39,416 bases of DNA from Candidatus Heimdallarchaeota archaeon (lineage in GTDB: Archaea; Asgardarchaeota; Heimdallarchaeia; Heimdallarchaeales; Heimdallarchaeaceae), in contig DAOVET010000018.1 of the NCBI GenBank assembly GCA_030668825.1, forward strand, positions 1-39,416. Reading direction: 5' to 3'. A program made the position numbers and the translations under genes. Below the pieces are notes generated by a model. The model was not told the origin of the DNA, did no database searches, and saw nothing but the letters and a program-made list of their open reading frames with translations. The first letter of the stretch is position 1. Each line of letters begins with the position of its first letter. Shown piece by piece: positions 8,936-18,386 of the stretch.

Positions 8936-11191
8936 TTAGCTAATTTTTTTCCTTCTTTTAACTCTGAAAATTACCGGAATAACTAAGATGACTAAAAGAG
9001 ATATAATTGGATAACTAGCTAGAAATTCGTTATATTTTACTCCTACCCTGAAAGAAAACACTCCGGCTGCAAAATCGTTCCCAAAAACATTCGTAGCAGT
9101 GATAGTAAACTCTATAGTTATATTCTCAACATAATCTGAACCAATATCAGAAGTATAGTAACTATCTTTCTCCTTAATCATTGGAGCAATAAACGGAAGT
9201 GAATAATTAACAGAATAGGTAAGAATAGAATTTGTGACATTAGGACCAGATGTGTAATCCGCAATGAAATTGATATTTTTTCCAACTTTATGATGATTTT
9301 CTACGGTTAAATCCATTACTGGAACAGAAGAAGTAGCATCAAACCATTCCTTAGCTTTCTCCAAATTATAATCGTACTTTATGATGTCATTATAATAATA
9401 GAAAGATAATGATGGATTAAGAGGGCTATGACAAATAAGAGATTCACCGTCAAAAAGAACATCATTGATTTCATTTCTGTCGATTGCATAGCAAATAGCT
9501 TTCCTTAATGCAGTAGCTTTTGTATACATTTCCTTACCTTCATCTAAAAGAAAAATTTCATTAGAAGAACCACCGATTAAGGGTCGTCTTAAATTGAAAG
9601 CTAGACAACTCAAAGAATTTCCTAAATAAGATTGAACATCATACTGAGGATTAGCTTGCATTATTTTTCTATCAGATGGTAAATTAGACACATCAACAAT
9701 ATCTAGCTTTCCAGCTTTAAATTGTGCTAGTGCTGCAGAAATATCAGGAATGACACGAACTTTGATTGTTTCAACGAAAGGAGTTAATCCAGTTTCACCG
9801 GTGATTGCACCTTTACCAAACCAGTAAGGACTTCTTTTAAGAACTGTGACTGAATTTCTTACAGCGTAATCTAGAGAGTATTTTCCACATCCAAATGCTG
9901 AAGCTAAGTAAGCTACCCATTGAGGAGTGTCAGTAATTCCAGGATATAGACCAGTAGTCTCAACACCACCTTCTGTGTATGTAACAGTGGGATTGGTGGA
10001 ATTTAAGAAAAACTCTGGCAAGCAGTACCTTGGGAGTCTAGCCCACATATCTGCATATCCTTCTATTTCTGGAGTTTCTGGGTCACTATCTACATGTATG
10101 TGGAAGGATAAATTATCTACAGGATCTACATAAATATCTGAAATCCACTCACAATGGATTGTACTTTCACTTACAACTGAATTTGCCCAAGCAATGTACG
10201 TGAAAACCGCGTCTTTAGCAGTAACCTGTTGATTATTACCATCACTATATTCTCCTGTTTTTAAACCAACCATTAGTTCACCAGTTGGAATGCTGGGTAA
10301 TGGAACAGAATTTGAATCTCTATCTATGGAGTTGTAGGAAGGATTCCAAAAGATATCATCTAACATCCAGAATTGGTAATGGTTTTCATCTATTTGATCC
10401 CAATCATATACAAGTCCTGTCTTCAATGGAGCAAAATCTGGGTTCATTTGAACAATTGGTTCCATAATCAAACTTTGAATGAATGAACTGGAGGAATCTT
10501 CAGACATCAATGGGTTTAGATCATTCCAATTAGCATCTGCTATGTTGAATTCAGTAAGATCTACTTGACCAGCATGATATCCATTATAATTCATGTAAGG
10601 TAAGGAATCGCTAATTCCCCAACGGATATTATAACCTTCAGTGTTCGCCCAAGTAGCTATATAATTTCGAGCTGAGTAGAATGGAAGCATAGGTACAAGT
10701 TTATCCATCATTAGTTGCTGCCATTCATAATATAGTTGTTGTCTTGCATCTAGGTCTACTGTAGTAACACCTTGATTTTGCATTTCTTCAGATTGATCTC
10801 CATATGGCATATCTTGAGTTAAACCGAAGATATTTTGACTCCCATCTTCTGCATAAACATTACGTAAATCAGGGGATCCCGTCCCTCCTTCAAGTGTGAC
10901 AAAAGCTAAATCAAAATCTTGTGTAGTATGAATTGTTCCAAGAAAAACAGTCCATTCTTCTACTCTGACTTCTACTTCAATACCTATATCTCTTAAATAT
11001 TGGGCAGTATAAAGGCAAATATCGGGTTTAACTCCTCCTCCATTTGTTTTTAAAACCAGTGGAATTGTAAAATTATATCTTACTATTGCTCTACTAAAAT
11101 TTAAAGATGAGGGAGACAGAATTAAAATCAATATCATTAAACTTAGAAAAAAGAAATATTTTCTCTTAGACATAGATCTTACTGTAAACAT
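8936..11191 (-). CDS. ABC-type oligopeptide-binding protein (family 5, apparently circularly permuted), C-terminally anchored
   Basis: Signal peptide; TAKDAVFT, G.GKY, AQFKAGKLD, LRKAICYAIDR, YNLEKAKE. The LRDIGIEV...RQQLY.EWQ block, normally C-terminal, is at the N-terminus. C-terminal TM plus RRKK. Confidence 0.85.
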   Translation of the reverse strand: MFTVRSMSKRKYFFFLSLMILILILSPSSLNFSRAIVRYNFTIPLVLKTNGGGVKPDICLYTAQYLRDIGIEVEVRVEEWTVFLGTIHTTQDFDLAFVTLEGGTGSPDLRNVYAEDGSQNIFGLTQDMPYGDQSEEMQNQGVTTVDLDARQQLYYEWQQLMMDKLVPMLPFYSARNYIATWANTEGYNIRWGISDSLPYMNYNGYHAGQVDLTEFNIADANWNDLNPLMSEDSSSSFIQSLIMEPIVQMNPDFAPLKTGLVYDWDQIDENHYQFWMLDDIFWNPSYNSIDRDSNSVPLPSIPTGELMVGLKTGEYSDGNNQQVTAKDAVFTYIAWANSVVSESTIHCEWISDIYVDPVDNLSFHIHVDSDPETPEIEGYADMWARLPRYCLPEFFLNSTNPTVTYTEGGVETTGLYPGITDTPQWVAYLASAFGCGKYSLDYAVRNSVTVLKRSPYWFGKGAITGETGLTPFVETIKVRVIPDISAALAQFKAGKLDIVDVSNLPSDRKIMQANPQYDVQSYLGNSLSCLAFNLRRPLIGGSSNEIFLLDEGKEMYTKATALRKAICYAIDRNEINDVLFDGESLICHSPLNPSLSFYYYNDIIKYDYNLEKAKEWFDATSSVPVMDLTVENHHKVGKNINFIADYTSGPNVTNSILTYSVNYSLPFIAPMIKEKDSYYTSDIGSDYVENITIEFTITATNVFGNDFAAGVFSFRVGVKYNEFLASYPIISLLVILVIPVIFRVKRRKKIS

Positions 11192-11300
11192 GTGTAGTTA
11201 AACTTTTAATATCATTTAAATCTTTTGTAGAAATAAGGAGAGAGTTGAAATTCTAAGAAACACTTCAAGAATATACTAATTTATTACTCAAAAAACAAAT

Positions 11301-11391
11301 CCTTAGCCAAGAGAGGAAATTCGAGTGCCAGTTTTTTTACTCGGCGCTGGTCACTCATGCATCCTCTAGGGCAAGGGGTGCCTATCGGCAT
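11301..11391 (-). ncRNA. Candidate structured small non-coding RNA (family unknown)
   Basis: GC-rich island in an AT-rich spacer. Nested stems CCUU/AAGG, GCC/GGC, AGAGGA/UCCUCU, GAGUG/CACUC, CCAG/CUGG plus a 5' UGCC-GAUA-GGCA hairpin. TATA (TATTTAAA, 11411-11418) upstream and a T-tract immediately downstream. Confidence 0.55.
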
Positions 11392-11507
11392 TTCTACATG
11401 TGAAACATCTTTTAAATAGATTCTAATAGTTCTATCCGCAATAGATTTTGGAAAAACTTTTGAAGATAGAAATACCAATCTTTTATAGTTAAAAAAGTCG
11501 TGAAAAG

Positions 11508-12371
11508 TTGAGTAAGATGCAAGAAGTAAAAATACATGTAGGATGTACTGGTTTTAACTATGATGACTGGAAATCCCATCTTGGAGCTTTTTATCCTGCT
11601 AAAATAGACAAATATGCTCTCTTGGAATTTTATTCTACTCAATTTACAACTTGCGAGATTAATTCTACATTCTATGCATTTCCAAAATTAGAAACAACAG
11701 CTAGATGGAACAAATCTCTACCTGACGATTTTGTACTAACCGCAAAAATCCCCAAATCGATTTGCCAAGCTGATAATCTATCAGTTGTTGAGCAGAATCT
11801 CAAATCGTTTCTACATGTCATGAGTCCTTTGAAAAAGAAACTTGGTCCTCTTGTTATGCAACTAAAACCTAGCTTCGAAAAGAATGATAAAACAAGGGAA
11901 CAGATCTATGATTTTATTTCGTTTTTCCCACACTCAGATTATCAACTAGTCATAGAATTTAGAGATAACAGTTGGTATAATGAAGATACATACGAAATGC
12001 TTAATGAGAAAGATATTGGCATTGTTAGTTCATTTCTACCCTATATCAAATTCAATCTTTTTGAAGAAGTTAAAAAAGATTATTTCTACCTTAGATTGAT
12101 TGGGTCTTATAAACAAACCATAGGATTGGGCAAGGAGTTAAAGGATCAGGCAGAATTGATGGAAAAAACAGTAGACCAACTGGGGGATGCTTACTCAAAA
12201 AATACTAATAAAAGCACAGGATATGTTTTCATTAACAACCATTTTTCTGGATATGCACCTCCAGCAGCAAGAAAATTCAAAGATCTACTTGCAGAAAAAA
12301 ATCTTATCCCTATTGAGCCTAAAAGAACCACATTCAAAGGACAACAGAAACTGGCTGATTTCTTTGGTTAA
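11508..12371 (+). CDS. DUF72 (YecE-like TIM barrel) protein with C-terminal PIP-box
   Basis: GCTGFNYDDW, FYP, EINSTFY..P, LGP..MQL.PSF, EFRD.SW, YLRL.G, FINNH..G.AP; ends QQKLADFFG. Confidence 0.92.
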   Translation: MSKMQEVKIHVGCTGFNYDDWKSHLGAFYPAKIDKYALLEFYSTQFTTCEINSTFYAFPKLETTARWNKSLPDDFVLTAKIPKSICQADNLSVVEQNLKSFLHVMSPLKKKLGPLVMQLKPSFEKNDKTREQIYDFISFFPHSDYQLVIEFRDNSWYNEDTYEMLNEKDIGIVSSFLPYIKFNLFEEVKKDYFYLRLIGSYKQTIGLGKELKDQAELMEKTVDQLGDAYSKNTNKSTGYVFINNHFSGYAPPAARKFKDLLAEKNLIPIEPKRTTFKGQQKLADFFG

Positions 12372-12381
12372 AGGAAAGAAG

Positions 12382-13833
12382 CTAAACCTTAATCTTCTTC
12401 CAGAATTTCTTAGCTGACTTATTACCACCATAACCTAACAATCTACCAACATGAGGCCATATAGGGTTGAAAATAGGCATGTTCATAACAATCCAATTAG
12501 CTACTTTATGAGGCCAGCTTGGTTTATGATTATACTCACAATCAGATATACACACACTGCAATCCCCACCATTTTCTATCCAAAACATATAGCAAGTGTC
12601 AACATTGACATACCATTTCTTCACACCAGGATTATTGCTTATACTATGTGTTTTATAGGATGTTTTTTTATCAAAGGAAATTGATGCACTTGGACATTTC
12701 TCAGCACAGGTCATACAGGTTTCACAGAATCGTTCAACAGATTTAGCAAAACGATAGCTAGGTTTGTCAGCTACTAGTGGCATATCAGTTAATATTTTTG
12801 CAACCCTCACTCTAGGACCATATTCCTTTGTTATCAACAAACCATGACGACCATATCCTCCAAGTCCTGCTTCAACAGCTACTGGAACAGACAAACCTAG
12901 AGCATTTCCAGCAGGTATTGCTTCATAACCTAAATTCTTGATGAAGCTTGATACTAGTGTTCTTACAAAAGCTATTTTAGAATACCCAAGTCCTGTGGCT
13001 ATACCTCCAGGCATCTTTGGAGTTGTATTAATCGCATCTAGATCCATTTCAACTACTAAAACTATGACATATTTTATTTTTTCAGGAATAACATAAGCTC
13101 TATCCATTCTATCGTGAGTGTAAATCCACTTCGGATCAAACTTTGCTACACCTATCAGATTTGCACCATAGAATTTGGAAACTTTCTTCAACCATTTGGA
13201 CATCTCGTGTGGATCATCAACTTTGTAATGATGTGGTTCTTGAACATCATAATTGACTTGTTCAACTTTTGTTTTTACCTTCTGTTCTTCAAGTTTCTTC
13301 TTGTTTTCTTCATCCAATGTTTTTGGCCTTTCCTTCTGAAATTCATTCATACTTACAAGATTTTCAATTGACCATGCAGCATCGATTGCTGCTAATTCAA
13401 TTTCAGAGTAGCCATCTAAACCCATTTCAATGCGTTCTTTTGCTTTTCCAAAAATAGGTTTCTTAAATCCTTCATACTCCTCATCCCACATTCTACGACT
13501 GAAAATATTATATTTTTCGTTGAAAGGTTCATATACATCTTCATTTATCTCAAACAATTTCTTGTCTTTTTTTCTTTGCTTTTCTTTCTCTTTAGACTGT
13601 AGAATTTTCTTAGTAATTTTACTCTTATTTTTCAAGACAACTTCTATAGCATCAAAAGGACAAGCATAGACACATTGTAAACAATTTATACAATTACTTT
13701 TGTTTATTTCTGCAATTGTTTTTTCAACTTTGATTGCAATTTTACCTTTTTTATTTTGAGGACAAACTGATACACATTCATGCTGACATTCATTAGGATT
13801 GCAGCTCTCAACAACTACCTGAAGGCTCATCAA
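12382..13833 (-). CDS. Reductive dehalogenase-family corrinoid Fe-S protein with an extra N-terminal ferredoxin domain
   Basis: GA.LIGVA...WIY, AGLG.YGRHGLLITKEYGPRVR..KILTDMPL, CETCMTCAEKCP and C..C...C motifs. N-terminal CNPNECQHECVSVCP / CINCLQCVYACP. No TAT signal seen. Confidence 0.85.
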   Translation of the reverse strand: MMSLQVVVESCNPNECQHECVSVCPQNKKGKIAIKVEKTIAEINKSNCINCLQCVYACPFDAIEVVLKNKSKITKKILQSKEKEKQRKKDKKLFEINEDVYEPFNEKYNIFSRRMWDEEYEGFKKPIFGKAKERIEMGLDGYSEIELAAIDAAWSIENLVSMNEFQKERPKTLDEENKKKLEEQKVKTKVEQVNYDVQEPHHYKVDDPHEMSKWLKKVSKFYGANLIGVAKFDPKWIYTHDRMDRAYVIPEKIKYVIVLVVEMDLDAINTTPKMPGGIATGLGYSKIAFVRTLVSSFIKNLGYEAIPAGNALGLSVPVAVEAGLGGYGRHGLLITKEYGPRVRVAKILTDMPLVADKPSYRFAKSVERFCETCMTCAEKCPSASISFDKKTSYKTHSISNNPGVKKWYVNVDTCYMFWIENGGDCSVCISDCEYNHKPSWPHKVANWIVMNMPIFNPIWPHVGRLLGYGGNKSAKKFWKKIKV

Positions 13834-13878
13834 ACAAGTGGAAATTTAGAATAAATATACGTTTTGGTGAAAGTAGGA

Positions 13879-15420
13879 CTATTTAGTACCATTTATACAA
13901 AAGTAGTCCTCACCACGTTTTTGGATTTTATTTTCCTTTGTCAATTTTGATAGAATAATAAAAACAAGATTAACTGCACTATCTCTCCATTTTAAATCAG
14001 AATTTTCTAAAACTGCGTTAATAAGCTCATCTAAAGTTGATTTTCCTTCCTTTATCAAGCGTAGTATGAATCCTTCATTTTTCTTAAGATTCTTAAAATT
14101 AAAATTAATAGCTCCTTTCACATCTGAAATAATATCTCTATGCCCAGAGAGAACGTATTTTAGCTTATATTTTGATATTTTCTTTAAACTATTGAAGAAA
14201 TCAGAATAAGCATTATCGTAAGAACTTATCAAACTGATAATACCTTTGTGTAAAAGACTTCCAGAAAATAAAACTCCTCTTGGATCATAATAACCCAATA
14301 GGCCTTTAGTAAATCCAGGAAGTTCCACAACTTCAAGTTCCCATTTCTTAATTCCAAGAGGTTCATAAGTTCCTAAATGAATTTTCATTCCTTCCTTTAG
14401 ATAGGAATTAAAAACAAATCCCTCTTCTTCTAATTCTTTTGCGGTTTCTTCAGATGCATATAACGGGATATCGTATTTCTCCTTAAGTTGGAGAGCTTGG
14501 TTGCAGTGATCAACATAATGATTTGTTATAAGAATGCCATCTATTTTATCTAAATTTTCTTCGATATAGCCTTCTAGTACAGCAATCGCTTTTGAAGTGG
14601 CTGAACCGGGATCAATAATATACTGTCTTTCGTTCCCCACAACATAGATGTTACATAAATTAAAAGGAGCTCGAGTAGGAGCTGGGGTCTCAAATTTCAA
14701 TATTTTCGGAAGAATGCCTAATTTGAAAAATCTTGTATCTAAAGATTCTTTATCTAACTCTCTAGCAACATCTACAATTTTTTTCTTTTCATTGTGGAAT
14801 TTAAAAATGAAAGTCATAACAATTGGATCAAAAAGACCTTTAATCTGGTTATATTTTTTTACAATTTTACTTGATTTGAACCACCAGTTTTTCTCTTCCA
14901 AAACTATATCTTTGGAACTTATATATTCTGAATCCTGGGATAATTTTCCCCCACCAAAAATTGAAGATGTTGGAATAATATAAAGGTAGTAATAACGATC
15001 TAAGATATCTTCATTAATAAATGCTTTTTGTCTTCCCCAAGGAATCATTGAACTGAAGAAAGTCATTAAATAAGCAGGGTCCATTTTCAAGATTTTTTGT
15101 CGAACATCTGAAAACAAAGGTACAGAACTTAGCAATTCTGTATCATGAATCAAATCCCTTTCTAAAAGAAGTCTTAAAGCTGTTACTTTGTCTGCCATAT
15201 TATCAGAAATTTCACCATACTTCTTTTCTAATTCCTCAGCAACCTTAAAATCTTTTGATGAAATTACAGAGCCAATAGGTGTCCATGTTTTAGGAAAAGC
15301 AGGCAAGTTTATACTTCTTCTAACGAGATAAAAATAATATTTACCTCTAAAGATTCTGAAAACAAGAATAGCTATAGTTCTATACTCAGACATCTGGTGA
15401 AATAAGTGGGGACTACTCAT
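13879..15420 (-). CDS. NUDIX-like + metallo-beta-lactamase (LACTB2-like) + wHTH fusion with degenerate catalytic motifs
   Basis: N-terminal YLVRR...AFP..W..IG (NUDIX-like); IIDPG, ITNHYVDH, PGFTKG, FSGS, SGH correspond to MBL motifs with substituted ligands. Confidence 0.7.
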   Translation of the reverse strand: MSSPHLFHQMSEYRTIAILVFRIFRGKYYFYLVRRSINLPAFPKTWTPIGSVISSKDFKVAEELEKKYGEISDNMADKVTALRLLLERDLIHDTELLSSVPLFSDVRQKILKMDPAYLMTFFSSMIPWGRQKAFINEDILDRYYYLYIIPTSSIFGGGKLSQDSEYISSKDIVLEEKNWWFKSSKIVKKYNQIKGLFDPIVMTFIFKFHNEKKKIVDVARELDKESLDTRFFKLGILPKILKFETPAPTRAPFNLCNIYVVGNERQYIIDPGSATSKAIAVLEGYIEENLDKIDGILITNHYVDHCNQALQLKEKYDIPLYASEETAKELEEEGFVFNSYLKEGMKIHLGTYEPLGIKKWELEVVELPGFTKGLLGYYDPRGVLFSGSLLHKGIISLISSYDNAYSDFFNSLKKISKYKLKYVLSGHRDIISDVKGAINFNFKNLKKNEGFILRLIKEGKSTLDELINAVLENSDLKWRDSAVNLVFIILSKLTKENKIQKRGEDYFCINGTK

Positions 15421-15459
15421 TATTAACTTCTGTTGTCCATTTTCGGGTGGAAAATTAAT

Positions 15460-18240
15460 TTACATACGCTCAACATCATGTGAAGCTGACTCAGCACGTC
15501 CAGCAGTGGTTATTTTAATAAATTCTGCATTGCTTTGCATCTGTTTGAGATTAGTTGCACCACAATAGGAGATACCGCTTCTGAGTCCTCCAACAAGTTG
15601 TTCAAGAACATCTGCAGCTGACCCACGATAAGGCACTACAGCTTCTACTCCTTCTGGAACTACGCTCCCCATGTCTAGCTCATCAAAAGAGCCTTTTTTC
15701 TCTCTAGCTTCTCTTCCTAAAGTAGCTCCCAAACTTGCCATTCCTCGAACAACTTTATAACTTCTACCAGAACGTAAAATGGTTGTTCCAGGACTTTCTT
15801 CTGTTCCAGCAAAAAGACCGCCAATCATGACAGTTGAAGCTCCAGCAGCAATAGCTTTTGTGAGATCGCCTGAATTACGTACTCCACCATCAGCTATAAT
15901 GGGAATATTATAGTCCTTGGCAACTTTAGCACAATCCATAATAGCTGTTAATTGAGGAACACCGCAACCTGTAACAATTCTAGTGATGCAATTGTGAACT
16001 GCTATTCTGTTAGTCAAATACGAATTGTCCTCATCTACTTCCAAATTATAGACGATTGTTTCCCTGTTTTCTTTTTCAACAGAATGAACTTTCAGATAGA
16101 TATATGCCTCATCAGCCCAAATTTGCTGAGCAGATTTAGTTACTTTCAGATACTCCTCACTTGGATAAAAGGTATCCATAAATCTATCATATTGGGAACC
16201 TGAAATAATAATTTTGTAAATATCTGACCATCTCTCTTCTCTTTTCTTCTCTTTTGAAATAGTTGGTAGAAATCCTAAGCGAATAAGAATCTCAGACATT
16301 TGAAAAGCAAGAGATGCAGATACAGTTTTGTATGATGCTTTTCTTTTTTCGCTAATGCTTCCATCACCATAAAAGGCTCCTTTAATTAATTCAATCAAAA
16401 GATGATTTTCTTGTTCAAAAATAAAATTTGGAAATTTCTTGTTTTTTGAACCTAAAGGAAAGATTCTTTCAAAGAAAGAGGCGATGTAATGAGAATAAAC
16501 TCTAACTTCTGCTGAATTTTTAGTTTTATGATATCTAACTTTTGTATTAGCATATCCAAAAGTGTTCTTAACTAAATTTTTTACATTATTATGATAATCA
16601 GTTTCATCTTTTGAAAAACCAAAAACTAGTTGTCTGTTGTTTTTTGCTCCAATAACAAAACCTTCAGCAACAAAATATCCAAATAATCTCATTAAATCTT
16701 CATTTAATTTAATGTAACGATTAATAGTTAGTGGATCTATTGTTCTCTGATAATCAACTGAATCAAGATATTCATTAACTTCTTGATTTAAAATCATATC
16801 TTGAGACTTACCACCTTTAACTATATTTCCTATAATTCTTTTTGTTGTTGAAAAACGAATAGCTAAATCATTAAAAGATTCTTTGTTTGGGTTGAATCCT
16901 ACTTTGTTTGACCACACTTTTCTATCATCAAACAAACAGTTAACATAATCGGTCAAGTCAAATTGAAGTTTCTTTGTTTTTCTTGCTATAGTCCTAGGAA
17001 CAACAACCAAATCTCCACGTTTAAGTGATGAAGCTTCGAGCCATTCTAAGCCTAGATTATGTTTCTTCTTATCAAAATAATATTTAGAACCGAATTTCTT
17101 TATCTTCTCCTCATCAGAATCGAAGGAAATTGCTAAAACTGGATGCTCTGAGGTGATCTTTATATTTCCAGGAGAACCTTTGATGTTAATATTATAAATA
17201 TCCCCACTAAATTTCCGGGTATATTTCTTTGTAACTGAACGTTTGTTATTCCTATGAGTAACTACTATGTCCCCTGGTACTACATCTTTGATTCTCTTAA
17301 CTGAATAATCTGACATAGTAATTAGAGTATCACCCTCGAGACAAATACTTCCAGGACCCACGCCTACCTTGACGGCATCACATCCAGCTTCAATGAGAGC
17401 TTTTGTTCCCTCTCCAGTAGCCACATTACCCGCAATAATTTCGATATCACTGAAATTCTTCCTGATTTCCTTGACTGTATTAACAGCTAGGTCAGAATCT
17501 CCATGTGCAATATCGATGACTAAAGCATCAACATCAGCATTGACAAGTTTTTCAGCTCGATGCAAGTAATCTCCGCGAACACCAATTGCAGCTGCAACCA
17601 GCAATCTCCCTTTAGAATCTTTAGAAGAATCCGGTAAAACTTTACTTTTGATAATATCTTTAGAAGTGATTAATCCTTTTAGAAATCCTTTTTCATCTAT
17701 TAGGGGTAACTTTTCCATTCTATTCTTTTGAAGATAATCCTTAGCAGATTCTATTGTTATATCAGGAGAAGCAGTGACCAAATCAGTTGACATTAAATCT
17801 GAGATTTTAGTTACCCCATCTTCTTCAAACATAATATCCCGAGTTGTAAGAATACCTACTAGTTTATCAGAGGGATCTGTGATGAGAATACCAGAGATTC
17901 CTTTATCTTCCATCATAGCTCTAGCATCATCTAAGGTGTTTTCAGGTCTTAATCGATAAGGGCGATCAATCCTAATCATCTCAGAACGTTTAACCTTAGT
18001 TACTTCAGAAACATGATCCTCAACAGACATAAAACGGTGAATGATACCTATAGCACCCATTTGAGCCATAACTATAGCCATCTTACTTTCTGTTACTGTA
18101 TCCATATTTGAACTAACAATAGGTACATTCAATTTTATGTTTCGAGAAAGATAAGTAGAAGTTTCAACATCTTTTCTAGATGTAACAGAGGAGCGTTTTG
18201 GTACTAAAAGTACATCATCAAAAGTTAATCCTTCACGCAT
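15460..18240 (-). CDS. guaB: IMP dehydrogenase with CBS domains, interrupted by an intein
   Basis: [38 protein letters not shown]|C.TR, IADGG, RGMAS, EGVE. 926 aa minus a 451-aa intein gives 475 aa. Confidence 0.97.
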   Translation of the reverse strand: MREGLTFDDVLLVPKRSSVTSRKDVETSTYLSRNIKLNVPIVSSNMDTVTESKMAIVMAQMGAIGIIHRFMSVEDHVSEVTKVKRSEMIRIDRPYRLRPENTLDDARAMMEDKGISGILITDPSDKLVGILTTRDIMFEEDGVTKISDLMSTDLVTASPDITIESAKDYLQKNRMEKLPLIDEKGFLKGLITSKDIIKSKVLPDSSKDSKGRLLVAAAIGVRGDYLHRAEKLVNADVDALVIDIAHGDSDLAVNTVKEIRKNFSDIEIIAGNVATGEGTKALIEAGCDAVKVGVGPGSICLEGDTLITMSDYSVKRIKDVVPGDIVVTHRNNKRSVTKKYTRKFSGDIYNINIKGSPGNIKITSEHPVLAISFDSDEEKIKKFGSKYYFDKKKHNLGLEWLEASSLKRGDLVVVPRTIARKTKKLQFDLTDYVNCLFDDRKVWSNKVGFNPNKESFNDLAIRFSTTKRIIGNIVKGGKSQDMILNQEVNEYLDSVDYQRTIDPLTINRYIKLNEDLMRLFGYFVAEGFVIGAKNNRQLVFGFSKDETDYHNNVKNLVKNTFGYANTKVRYHKTKNSAEVRVYSHYIASFFERIFPLGSKNKKFPNFIFEQENHLLIELIKGAFYGDGSISEKRKASYKTVSASLAFQMSEILIRLGFLPTISKEKKREERWSDIYKIIISGSQYDRFMDTFYPSEEYLKVTKSAQQIWADEAYIYLKVHSVEKENRETIVYNLEVDEDNSYLTNRIAVHNCITRIVTGCGVPQLTAIMDCAKVAKDYNIPIIADGGVRNSGDLTKAIAAGASTVMIGGLFAGTEESPGTTILRSGRSYKVVRGMASLGATLGREAREKKGSFDELDMGSVVPEGVEAVVPYRGSAADVLEQLVGGLRSGISYCGATNLKQMQSNAEFIKITTAGRAESASHDVERM
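15991..17343 (-). mobile_element. Intein with dodecapeptide (LAGLIDADG) homing endonuclease, 451 aa
   Basis: Block A CLEGDT, block B TSEHP, LAGLIDADG motifs LFGYFVAEG and [10 protein letters not shown], block F VYNLEV, terminal HN followed by the +1 Cys. Confidence 0.96.
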
Positions 18241-18386
18241 AATCTCAGTCCAATGAAAAAATCCATGGATATTTAAAAGGGTTGTTTACCAAGATAAAAA
18301 TTTTGCAAAATGAAGTAATTAAATGTTAAATTAAATTGAAAAATAGCAAAATAAGGAAGAAAGAAGAATTGCTGATTTTATTCTTC

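Noticed and set aside
11284-11642. 64-aa and 76-aa minus-strand ORFs
   Set aside because: They run through promoter sequence or antisense to DUF72; only the 35-aa leaderless version is kept as an alternative.
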